DNA of 64,000 bases. It comes from Takakia lepidozioides (taxonomy: Eukaryota > Plantae > Bryophyta). Location: positions 32,860,001 through 32,924,000 of the forward strand of contig CM060734.1 of assembly GCA_030704615.1 (NCBI GenBank), read 5' to 3'. Shown one piece after another: positions 43,820 to 55,718 of this stretch (position 1 is the stretch's first letter; the number at the start of each line of letters is the position of its first letter). The notes below the pieces were generated by a model. That model ran no database searches, was not told the origin of the DNA, and worked only from the letters and a program-made list of their open reading frames with translations. The position numbers and the translations under genes are program-made.

Positions 43820-44745
43820 TGCGTATGCATTCCTGGATCGTGTGCTTAGCCGATTCGGTGCTCCAGCTGAGATACTCACGGACCAAGGGAGAGAGTTCTT
43901 GGGGGAGTTTCAGGCTTTGTGTGATAAAGCCTTGATAGACCACCGTACCACTTCTCGGGATCATCCTGAGGCCGATGACTTGGCAGAGAGAGTGGTGCAG
44001 ACGATGAAGAGAGATTTGCGTAAGTATGGCTTGCAAAAGGGACACATAAGAGATTGCGATCTTCAGGTACCTTGGTTAGCCATGAGCTACAGGTTTAGCA
44101 AGCAAGCATCACTTGCCTCCTTCTCACCATATTTCCTTCTCTTTGGCCGAGAGCCGGATTTGCCTGCATCTATTCGCAGGGAGGCTGCAGTAGTCCTCAA
44201 CCTTGATGATCTGGATGTGTGGACACAAGCATGTGCCCAGCGGACATAGTTGTTGAACAAGAGGGTCATGCCTATGGCTTTTGAGAACCTTGCTCTTGCC
44301 CAACACCGAGACACATTGAGGTATGTCACTATACGTGGAGGGGGATATCGGCCAAGTGTTCGGCGTTTCCACCTAGGGGACTATGTGTATTTGCAGCAGA
44401 CAGCGCCTACGACATTGGATGTCACAGTAGGACGTGTGATTCCAAGGGTCAGAGAGGTGTTGCCTTCAGGAGTGTTGATTCTGGAGGGTCGAGATGACAT
44501 GGTATGGAAGGACCATGTGCGTAATTGTGCGCCATGTCACCTTCCACATGTGGATGGGGGGATAGATCCCAACCTTGCAGTGGTACTTGTAGGATTGCGT
44601 TGCATGATATGTGGGCATGTTCGTGGTGCCGCCACTATGCTGGTGTGTGATCGATGCTCAAGAGGTTGGCACATGGGATGCTTCACACCACCTCTTGAGA
44701 GGGGTTCCTGATGGAGATTGGTTATGTCCACACTACTTGGGATAG
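43820..44745 (+). pseudogene. Ty3 integrase core/C-terminus plus PHD finger (element 2)
   Basis: ILTDQGREF, DLAERVV and CMICGH...VCDRCSRGWHMGC...WLC; highly similar to the element 1 integrase. Confidence 0.88.
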
Positions 44746-45005
44746 TGGCACTGGATATGACTAGTGGCAGCTAACAAGACATGAGAGGCCAAGCTCATAG
44801 GAGTCAATACCTGAGATCTCAGGCTCAAGTTCACAGGTTGCAAGACGGCGACTAACGATGGGGCAACTCTTGTACCCGGCCTCTTGATCTATCGAGTTTG
44901 AGTGTAGTAGGGATAATGGTGGAGGACTTAGTGAGGCTATGGCCACTATCGCATCTTGTGGCTACCTGGACTTAGAGGGATCTAAGCACCAGCTAGGGGG
45001 GCGAT

Positions 45006-45285
45006 TGTGATGGACTAGTGGCTGCACTAGTGGTGGCTAGTGACAGCCTAGTGGTTGGACTAATGGCTGCACTAGTGGTGACTAGTGACAGCCTAGTGGT
45101 TGGACTAGTGGCTGCACTAGTGGTGGCTAGTGGCAGCCTAGTGATCGACTAGTGGCTGCACTAATGGTGCTTAGTGACAGCCTAGTGGTTGGACTAGTGG
45201 CTGCACTAGTGATGGCTAGTGGCAGCCTAGTGGTGGACTAGTGGCTGCACTGGTGGTGACTAGTGGTGGACTAGTGATAGATTAG
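45006..45285 (+). repeat. CTAGTGG-based minisatellite (~44-bp higher-order unit) inside LTR segment A; copy number differs among the three A copies
   Basis: Repeated GACTAGTGGCTGCACTAGTGGTGGCTAGTGGCAGCCTAGTGGT; also at ~45685-45825 and ~46221-46480. Confidence 0.9.
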
Positions 45286-47449
45286 TGTTTGGTGTGCACA
45301 TGTGTTGTGTGGTTTTAGACAACGATGTAGTTGTGTAGCGATATGTATGCGCACGACAGCTGTCAAGTTATTTTACCACTAGTGTGAAGTTAGCTAGGAA
45401 ATAACTAGCTTTTATATATTGACATTTGAGATTGACCCAAGTGTCAATCCAGGGGCCAATACATGTTTGGGCACCTGGCGTTGTTATCTTCACGGCAGAT
45501 CGCGGTGGGCTCATCTTTCTCGAGTTGAGCCTCACCGCGTCTAGCTATGGTGCTTTAGTGTGGATTCCCCATGGCGTGGGGTGCACTTGGCTCGACTTAA
45601 TATGAGTGATATTTTCATGTGCAAGTGTGTGAGTTTGAGAGAGCTTGTGTGCTTGTATCATTCTTTTCTTTATCATTGTAATGGACTAGTGGCAGCCTAG
45701 TGATGGACTAGTGGCTACACTAGTGGTGGCTAGTGGCAGCCTAGTGGTTGCACTAGTGGCTGCACTAGTGGTGGCTAGTGGCAGCCTAGTGGTGCACTAG
45801 TGGTGGATTAGTGATAGACTAGTGTTTGGTGTGCACATGTGTTGTGTGGTTTTAGACAACGATGTAGTTGTGTAGCGATATGTATGCGCACGACAGTTGT
45901 CAAGTTATTTTACCACTAGTGTGAAGTTAGCTAGGAAATAACTAGCTTTTATATATTGACATTTGGCATTGACCCAAGTGTCAATCCAGGGGCCAATACA
46001 TGTTTGGGCACCTGACGTTGTTATCTTCACGGCAGATCGCGGTGGGCTCATCTTTCTCGAGTTGAGCCTCACCGCGTCTAACTATGGTGCCGTAGTGTGG
46101 ATTCCCCATGGCGTGGGGTGCACTTGGCTCGACTTAATATGAGTGATGTTTTCATGTGCAAGTGTGTGAGTTTGAGAGAGCTTGTGTGCTTGTATCATTC
46201 TTTTCTTTATCATTGTGATGGACTAGTGGCTGCACTAGTGGTGGCTAGTGGCAGTCTAGTGGTTGGACTAGTGGCTGCACTAGTGGTGGCTAGTGGCAAC
46301 TTAGTGGTGGATTAGTGGCTGCACTAGTGGTGACTAGTGGTTGCCTAGTGACAGCCTAGTGGTTAGACTAGTGGCTGCACTAGTGGTGGCTAGTGGCAGC
46401 CTAGTGGTGGACTAGTGGCTGCACTAGTGGTGACTACTGGTTGCCTAGTGGCAGCCTAGTGGTGCACTAGTGATAGATTAGTGTTTGGTGTGCACATGTG
46501 TTGTGTGGTTTTGGACAGCGATGTAGTTGTGTAGCGATATGTATGCGCACGACATCTCTCTAGTCCACAATCCTCGGTTAGAGCACTTTGACTACGCTGT
46601 CTTGTAAGCCTCCAATTAAATGTTGGACATGGAGTGGAATGGTATCGTCAGGGGATTCTACTTTTCTCCTGAAGCGCCATCGACTGTCTCTCAACCATGT
46701 TTTTGTGACATGGTCAAAAACAACAAAGGGTTCTCAATTGGTAGCCAGTTTCATATACACAAATTTTTTACTTCACAGCATGGATGCTCACATGGTTGTT
46801 TTGGTAGCTAAGATGTGAAAGTTTTATGAGATTTATGAATTAATATAAACTATGATATTTATGTATTTTACATATTAAGCTATATGTTTCATATATATCT
46901 GTACACCAGTTTGAGGCTTTGTATGAGAGAATGACAGGAAAATTTGTCTGGGCATAGGATCATGGTAATATCTGATTGAGCAACCACAAGCCTCTTCGAT
47001 TATACTGACAGAGAAAACTATTCAAGTAGAATTAGAGCGACAGTTTCATATACACATGCATGGAAGAGACTAAATACTTTCATTAATAAGCTAGATCAAT
47101 ATTGGATCATACAACAATTGGTCGGATCATAGCACACCCACTAATGGTATTTAAATAGTAAGAGGTCATCAACATCAAGTCTCAAAAATTAGTACAGTTG
47201 AATGTTGCATCCACCATATCTTCATCACTTGTGGTCCCAATATCATCAGAACTTCCAAAACTACAAGATTATTAGCAATGTCATTATTTTAACGGCCATA
47301 TCTCTATGGACCGGGATGCCCACGAGTTGCAGTTTCCATTGCTCCATGTGTTATAATTTGTCTATAGTTTCTTCATGAGAAATATGAAGAGATACCACCA
47401 TAGTCTCATCTTCCTCTTGCAATCCTACATATGCTTGTGCTTGAGATAG

Positions 47450-48250
47450 GTGTCATGTTTGGAGCTCCAACAAGGGTTGTTTCTTTGTCTTTTGTTGTTC
47501 CACATAAGTTTTCACTTTGTTATTATTAAGCTCTCTCTCTCCCTCTTCAACCCATTCCATATCAAAAGTATCATTGTGCACTAGACACATGTTGTGTAAG
47601 ATTATACAACAAGATACTGAAGGTGTAAGATGTCTAAGCGATATGTCTATCTGTTTCATCAAAATCCACTACTGTCCTTTTAGTATGCCAAATGCATATT
47701 CTACAGTAATTTTGGTATTAAATTGGATAAAGTTCCAATTTGCTTCTTCATTTGATAGTCCACCAAGTTGTTTTTCCTTTGAAAGAGTATGTCCAAGGTC
47801 TATATGGATAAGCACACTCATCAATCAATTTGAAAGGCAAATACTCTCCTCTCATGCTTCTCTCCTCTTATGTTTTAAACCTCTCATATAAAGAGGTTTT
47901 AGGTTAGTATTTACCACTTTGCAAAAAGTCCCGCACTATTATCGATGTCATACTCTCTACCATAGTGTCAACCTCTCCCACCATTTCCAATGAATTTCCT
48001 GTGGCTATTCTTAAAAGAACGACAACCACTCTATTCTCCAGAGGAATTATCCTGCACATTGGTGTATCTTAGCTTGCATAACAGATATCATTCTTCCACA
48101 TATGTAAGGGAAAGTCTCAATGGTCACTCTACATCGTATCATGAACATTTTTGTGTGTAGTTTCCAAGCAATTGCCTATCAACAAAACCTTGCAATCTGT
48201 TGTGCATCCATAGAGAGCAATGCCGAGGCATCCATAGAATACCTCAATGA
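47450..48250 (-). pseudogene. PIF/Harbinger transposase remnant
   Basis: Fragments IPLENRVVVVLLRIATG, TVEYAFGILKG and CCIILHNMC, with many stops. A possible terminus AAACTTGGCC followed by TAA lies at ~49315-49327. Confidence 0.65.
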
Positions 48251-48572
48251 TTTATCAATTCCAAACGACAGGTGATAATGCTCATAGTATCAAAATGATG
48301 CTCCAAAGCTATTGCTTGCCCTTAGAATGTATTTTGATGATGAGCTGAAGCGTCATTATCGTGCTAATTACAACCAGAGTCTACATCTGTCGTCCATAGC
48401 GGCGGTGAGCATAAAAGTGACCGTCGAGAGGTATGGAGCAAAACCATTGAGGACGACAAAAATTCTTTATTTGGCTAAAATGTTTTTGTCGGTGGACACT
48501 TTAGACACATTTCATTTCAGCTTGTCATGTCATCCCAACGAGCGCGTGAAACGATTTTGGCCGCTCATTTAA

Positions 48573-49299
48573 CCCTTAAACGAACACCATTTTGGTGGGC
48601 CCACTAAAAATAGTGATGCCCTTGCATATCTATTAGCATCCACGTCATGTCAAAAGTGTAGGCAATTTGACCATTGCATTTGGTCAGATTATAACAAAAT
48701 AATTTGTCCTCATTTGTAAATGTATTATGAGATTGTATGAAAAAGATAGTTTGACCGCTAAATTCAAGTGTAGAGTTGAATCTTCCGAGGCATATGCCCT
48801 CCATAATCTGATTATATGGCCTAATGGACTCTCTCCCCCAAAAAGTAGACCGAAATTCCAAAAACTGAGATAGACTGCTTTGTATGTGAAATCTTGAGGG
48901 TAAATTTTCATGGTTTGGCTTCTTTCCCAGGTACACCCATGTGGTGATATTTGTTTTCTAATTCCCCTGATAAGTAAGTGCACACTAACATTACATAGTG
49001 CCTTGTCCAAAAAATTTGGAATTTTGATAACTTTTGAGCCCTAGATGTTATTTTCAAGATTGCTCATATTGGCCTACCACGTGGCCAGGTCAAACGTTGG
49101 ATTTCCAAACCCATGGCACTTTGAAAATTCATTCTAGAGAACATAGCTTTTATTATTTTGGGGCGCTGTAAATTCCCACATGTGCTTCTCCTTAACCCTC
49201 TCACTTTACATTCAGGAATCACTTCCATCCACTGCCATCCATAAAAGTTGGATCGTGGCATAAGATTGATGCGATTTGGGTCGCGTCGTCATTTAGGGG
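48573..49299. mobile_element. piggyBac-like non-autonomous element (727 bp)
   Basis: TTAA on both sides (48569-48572, 49300-49303); termini CCCTTAAACGA...TCATTTAGGGG form a 9/11 inverted match. Confidence 0.5.
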
Positions 49300-49934
49300 T
49301 TAATGGCTCTGTCTAAACTTGGCCTAAGAAGTAGTTGGGAGAGTGGATGTAACTTGGGACCATTGATACACCTAACCAAATATTTCAACTTAACGCAAGA
49401 CCTTTTGTTGGCGGGACTAGGCAAAGGATTTCTTGAGGTTTGGTACCGATACTGGCAAACGAATGCAAAAGTAGTTCGAGACATACATAAATGGAACATT
49501 TCATCCAAATTGCAGGGGAACGCATCAATTGATTCACATGATAATGACATAGCTAGAGCTATAGCTGGAGGTTTGAGAGCCATTTCATCTATTATAGTAA
49601 TATCTTGCAAAAAATCTTATTTGTCAATGTTTCATATTGCAATATGGTATGAAAAATTTGTACATTACGTGTATGCCACTACAACATGATGCAAGATTTT
49701 CAACTATATGTTTCGCTACCAAAATAGTTGAAAGTACAAATTTTACCCAAAAATCGGCTAGTGATAGTAGGCGAGTTGATTTGGGCATGCAGTGAAGTAA
49801 GAATGTCAGCTGAATGCGTCAGTGAAAAGATTTCACTATGGTACGAATTCGGCGGGTCGATATAGATAATAAACTGTTTCATTACACATTTTTTAAGAAA
49901 ATAGTATGACTCTTCCCACAGGAAATGTAAATTA

Positions 49935-50072
49935 TGGTGTCTCTTGACCTTCAAGGGCTACTGCCTTCCGGCAGGAAGGTGGACACGTTTGTGACACCAA
50001 TTGGTGAATTGAACCCACAACAACTTCTTAGGTGGTATGTGCCTATTTACCACTAGGCTCAACTTGGCGTCC
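49935..50072 (-). mobile_element. Possible tRNA-derived SINE
   Basis: On the - strand, an A-box-like AGCCTAGTGGTAA and a B-box-like GGGTTCAATTC occur at tRNA-like spacing. Confidence 0.3.
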
Positions 50073-51819
50073 AAGAGTTGAGAAAGAAAGTATTGCGAGT
50101 GTATATGTTCACTGGGAGCTATAGAATTGAGTTTTATGTAGCACTACATAGTGAAATTGGGAGGTTGAAAATTCCATTATGTGGTGTAAGGAGAGCACAT
50201 ATGTTAGTATTATGCACTATCGCACTGAGCAGTTAGTTGTAAAATCCCAGTAATCATCAATTCTTTTATTGGCGATTTATCGCCAAATTTTGACATGGGT
50301 TGAAAGAAAAATGAGGTCGGAAAAAACGATGGATTTGGCCAAAATCTGATCTGGTGGGCACATCTTTCGCCAGAGGGTCGGCAAGAGGGAGCCACCTGTT
50401 GCCATCCCGGAGGGAAGGAGGGACGTTAGAAAGGGCCGGATGACAACAATCTCTACGAGATCGTGTGAGTGGGTGGTTATGCTTCAGATGCTTTGCTATA
50501 TTCAACTGCGGTTTGAAGGCTCCCAACACCCCCTCACTGCAGCAGGAGGTGGGGATACCACACAAAGGAGAGTCCAAAGTGTATGTAAGCTTTAAACGAA
50601 GAATTGAAATTTTGTATTATGCAGCCAAAAGAAGGTGTCTAAGAGGATACCAGGCAATCATACCAAGTGCACAGTCCACCGATCTGCTATGGATGTCTTG
50701 CCTCCCATCTTGCCTACTTGTACTTGGTACATGACAAATATGTTGAGTTCAATGTACACCAGTGCGCAATGGAAATGTGTATGAAGCCCATGAGTTACAA
50801 ATGATCTGAAGTGACCACATTGGAAGTCGGATACCTCTTAATGAGCCAAATTAGAGAAGAAATTGGATAAGAAAATCTCTGTAAAGATCAAACCAATGTA
50901 GTTTTGGGCTAGTTGGGACATGGTGACTTAGTAGTCAATGGATTGGATACATCTTGCAGCTGGGGTGACCAGTTGGGTTATGAATGATAAGCAGTTTAGC
51001 TAGGCTTGAAGTCAGAAGTTACATGGTAGGACTGTCCAGGGATAGACACATGTTATCTGGTACTGGATCAAAGAAGCTGGTGGGAACTCACAGATTTTGG
51101 TGAAGTTGGAAGCTATGTAGGAGTCAAGGTTCTTGCATTCATGCAATCTGAGGGAGACTACCATCATACAAGGGCTTATTCCAGAGCTACTTGATTTTTA
51201 TAGAAGTGCAACTGTAGAACCCAATTAGCCTATTTAATTGAAAATGTTGGGCAACTCGGCTTGTGGGAATTGTTAACAGGATGTTGGCCACTTTTTTTGA
51301 AGGCACCAACAGTTGGTAGCTTAGTTGGATAAGAGCACTGGGTGGTGCTGGATTCAAATCCTGCTGTGATATTATCATCCCCTGGGTGCCAGAGATTACA
51401 GTGAGGCCCAATTTGTGAGCAGACACTTCCGGACATTTGCTTTATTTGAATTGTGCACAACCACTCTGGAGAAGAAACTTGACCAGCAATACAAGTCTAC
51501 AGCTACACCAACTACCAGCAGTGAACCCCTCCAGAGGTTTTCTTTGCCCAACTACAGGTTATATCAAGTAAAATAGTACTCCCAAACTGTCATAATGCTA
51601 CACAAGTAATGCATAAGAACTAAGATCGTCCTCCCCTACCATTGGCAGTGGCCCATGAGTCTTGTGCTTGGCACCTCATGGCGAGGCTACTTTGAAGGAT
51701 TTCCTCTCACTGGAATTAAAGGGCCCCATTTGTGAGTAGTCGCTCCCAGGTGTTTCCCTTTTGACTTTAAGAAAAAAACAATCAACTGAAGATAGCTGGC
51801 ATGTAGGGTGAGGATGTAA

Positions 51820-51965
51820 ACCTGCAGATGCTGCTGCCCAAATCTGCTCCTCCAATTTTGTTTGGACTGTGTCAATTGGGACTACCCTCCCGTGTTGAGA
51901 GGAGGAGCAATGCCTAAGAAGCAGCTCTGGAGACCCTTTCACATAAACCTTCTGTCTTCCACTCT
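51820..51965 (-). pseudogene. Isolated fragment resembling a P-type ATPase N-domain
   Basis: QKVYVKGSPELLLRHCS...AASAGL resembles the KGAPE motif; no other exons recognised. Confidence 0.3.
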
Positions 51966-52715
51966 CCACTTCTGGAGAGCTAAGGTCCTCCATGCAAACA
52001 TTTAGTGTCAATATCAAAGAAGTGACCATGCACAACTTCCTGTTTCTTTTGTCCATCTATCTCCATTGCCCTCGTTTCCTCTACCCACAGATTCATCATT
52101 TAATGCAGAGATTAGTACAAATGCACTCCAGCTGAAAAGACGAAAGTTATTGGGTGAGGCCGCCCTTTCAACCACATTTGACAAAGTAAGGATCTCCTTG
52201 TTGTATTCACTTCTCTAGTACCTCAGCGGTTGAAATGGTGGTTGTTAAGTGCGCTGAATATATTGGTAGAGGATTTAGAGCCATGAACAATGAACTCTTC
52301 CTAATCCCATACCGCTTTGAGGTCTCATGTCATTTGGTTCTCCGTTTGTCTCTTCATCAGTGGGTATCATGTCTTCATGATCCTCCTGACTACGGAAGTC
52401 TTGGCATGAAAAAGAGGGACGGACTAAACCTTTACCTTGTCTTACATGCGACCACAGACTCTCACATACTGCTCAAAATCAAATACACCTATAACCTCCT
52501 TTGGGAGGGATGCCCCAATAGATAACAACAACACAGGTAACATTAACATACAGACGGTAGATCAGTCAGTACATCTCCATAGAAAGGTGAATTCTCACTA
52601 TCTACTTTGCCTCCTGCAAGCAGGCTGAAAAAATTGGAAAGGATAGAACAGATATTTTGAAGAATCAGACATTGCTACATAATGCCCGCACTATGCATCT
52701 ACTCCACACCACCTC

Positions 52716-54616
52716 TCAAGACTTTGGACTAACACTTTCACTAACTTTCTCTAATGAAGCATCATCTTTGCTTTCTGGTTGCTCTGATACAATTACTTTT
52801 GCTTTTGTGTCTGTTGAGGGCTGGACTGGAGGAGAGCCTTCCCACGCTGCTGATTCTGCCGCTGCCAAACAGTACAGCACGATAAAAAGTCTAACCAAGG
52901 AATATGGTCTAGTAAGAAACCTAGTAACTTTGCCTTGTACTTTGACAACAGTTTTACCTATGACAGAATCTTAGCACTACCGAACTAATTCATTGTAGCT
53001 GCAACTCTTTCACCAGACATCCCTTGAGGTTGAAAGGCAAATGAAACCCATCAAGCGGCCAAAAGCACTCACTGAAAAGCAAAGTGTGGCTATCTACCTT
53101 GCTGGGGAGGTGCTGGAGGTGGCTGAATGGGAGGTTGCTGAACTGTGGTGGGAGCTGAAGTAGGAGGTTTCGTGCTAGGGGATCGCAGTTCATCCAGACC
53201 TATCTCTTGCTCCAAAGTATTCTTGAACTCTCTTGATACTTGCTGCCACCCCACCGCCCATCTAATGAGCTCCTCAACATCTTGAAGTGCTGAACTCAGC
53301 ATCAAACTAAAGGTTACTCCTTTGTAATGCACCTTCTTGAAGAGCAGTGAATCCCACATTCCTCAACTGTGAGAACTCCATGTTTGTTTGAGGGCATGTT
53401 TTCATGACATTGAGCCTCTGGCTGATTGTAGCCGGGCATACCCTCAGAATGCCAGCTTCAAAACCCCTACCTGAGAACAATGGGAGTCAACATGCAAGCC
53501 TCTCTCACCTGGAGCTCTTGGATGGTTGGTTGGAAAGCACGAAGTGACCTCCCCAATGTGCGTGCCACCTGCATTCACATTAGCCTGCTCACTGTCCTTG
53601 CTCCTGATCTCGATTGTTATTGATTTCTGCTACCTGAAACCTCGTATGCGTGGTTGTGCATAGAAACATGCCTATAAAAGTAGGTACAAATATGTGTGAT
53701 TTAGTAAATGCGTGTGAGGGAGAGACAGAGGGACAAATGTATGTAAGTGGTGGCACTTGCCTTTGAGATTGAAGTTGATTCTTGGGCTTGAAGATTTCCC
53801 CAGAAAGATACTTACCCTAGGGTTTACCGAGGTAAGGATTCACTGCATTTGGCATTGTCTTGAACAGAGCAAAAAGGATTGCATGGCTATACAAAGCTTT
53901 CAGAGAAGGTCTCTTGTTACAAATACAATGCATCAAAAGCTGTTTACCGTCCTCACTATCATGCCCACAGATGGGACTATAAACACCCTATCCCAGTAGG
54001 ATTGTGGGGAGAGAGCCGTATTTTGTCGTGGCGAAGTGGCACAGACCCCACACAAAGTTTGGGCGGGAGAGAGGGAGAAATGAAATGGAGAGAGAGAGAG
54101 TACCTCGGCAAGTCCTTTGGGGCCAAACACAAGCAAAGCCACTACTGCTATAACCAATGCCTCTGGTGCCCCAACCCCCAGCAACGATGCTTGCACTCCT
54201 CGTCCCCGAGTTAGCTTTATCTGCATGTTCTTTACTGTGCCACATAGAGAGGAGACAAAATTGACACAGCTTCAATTATTTGGAAAATACTGGCTGCCAC
54301 AATTCTGCAGGGATGATCAAAATTACATATAGGAAGAGTACCGCCTACTCTGCCTGGAAAGAGAGAAGGACGGACCAGTGATGAGCTGACCGAGGTGGGA
54401 GCGGCCTTCCCACGATACCTGCATGGAGTTCAGCCTACTTGCTCCGAGTGACGCACGGCCAGGTCTGCTACACGACCTGGGACGATTTGGGTATCCGGCA
54501 CATACTAGATGGGATTGAAGGCAGGCAGAGGGAAAACCATGGATGCATGATTCCTCCCTGATAACTGGAGAACAGGAGAGAAGTAGGCAAGGTCTTGAAA
54601 ATGCAGCTCTAGCCAT
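52716..54616 (-). CDS. HCF106: Thylakoid Tat translocase subunit TatB/HCF106. Exons approx. 54616-~54345, ~54230-54104, 53568-53509, 53242-53098, 52861-52716; the first splice junction and the last exon linkage are uncertain
   Basis: Transit-peptide-like N-terminus followed by ASLLGVGAPEALVIAVVALLVFGPKGLAE|VARTLGRSLRAFQPTIQELQ|QVSREFKNTLEQEIGLD, with GT-AG introns. Confidence 0.88.
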
Positions 54617-55718
54617 AGTCAAATCTGTTTTTCAGCCCTTCAGAATCACCCAACACTTACTTTAACCTCCTCCTCAAGCTCTCTCCATCTCTACGAAATG
54701 AAAGCTACATGAAAGCTGGGATTTTCCACAGCCTACTGCAGACCTCTCACTTTGCTATTCAGTGTGCTAGCTAGTGCCTTTTTTTCTTTTTTAAAACAAA
54801 AATAATAAGGAAAAGGGGAGGCAAAGTAGTTCCAAGTATGTTGGGTTGCAGCCTGGAGGTTACAGGCACCTTGTAAATTCTACCCTGGTAAAAATGACAA
54901 AATTCTTCATGTGTCTGGAAGTCCAAAGTCTGGATACATAAGCAGGTCCAAAGTGCAAAGAGATGGCCAGACCAAATTATATTTTGTGTGTGAAATTCAA
55001 TCAACAAAACTTCAGGACCGTGCAAGATCTCGTCCAAAGGAACCCATTCATTCCACTTGTTTGAGTTCAGGTAGGAGATTCCACTGAAACCTTTCAAAAC
55101 TATCAGTTACATACAATACACTTTGTGCATGTCATTAGGGGGGCATGGATTGCTACCTTAGGCTTGCACTAGCTTCACATTTTTTCACACAAACTACTAC
55201 AAATGGTGGCAACCCATAAGACATGAACAAGTCAGCCATATGACAACTTCTCACCCACTGCCAGATCTAGGTGGGGTTGCACTTGGTCCTCTTCGCATGA
55301 AAACCTTGAAGGTATATGTTAGAGATCAGACGCTGGATCACCAATGATGACTGACAATCACCTAGCACTATGCGCTGGGGCTAACGAGGCGCTTCTGCAT
55401 CACTGATGATGACTTTGTCAATCCCCCAAAGCTCTGATAAGCTCAGATATACTTGCTGATAAGGGATAACTGATGTACTCTGCTGAAGTGGAAGATCTTA
55501 AACTGTCCATTCAGTCTCTGAAAAAAGTCTTGTCACTATAACCTGTCTCAGCAGACCAGAACAACATCCACGCCAAAAGAGAAACTAGTCTGAAGTACTT
55601 TGAATTGCAAATGGGCCTAACGCTGGCAGGCATGCAAATCACCCTTGGTAGGCTTCAGCGCCGGGTTTTCAAATAACTCAAAAAGTGGTCATGCAACTGC
55701 AACAAAGTGATGCTGACA

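Larger units (their letters stand above)
35140..46554 (+). mobile_element. Ty3/gypsy element 2 (gag-PR-DNMT fragment...IN-PHD) with permuted LTR structure B-internal-PPT-A-B-A-B-A
   Basis: Termini TGTCA...CGACA flanked by TCTCTC on both sides (35134-35139, 46555-46560). PPT at 44991-45005. A copies at 45006-45358, 45677-45895 and 46214-46554. B copies at 45361-45675 and 45898-46212; the 5' copy is 35140-35326 plus an inverted remainder at 36596-36685. Confidence 0.88.

Noticed and set aside
43755-44249. ORFs spanning the MULE-integrase junction as fusion genes
   Set aside because: They are chimeras created by a deletion breakpoint at ~43819.
25278-46554. DIRS/PAT/Ngaro tyrosine-recombinase retrotransposons
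   Set aside because: No YR motif was seen. Both elements encode a DDE integrase and an aspartic protease and have a PPT, and element 2 has a TSD.
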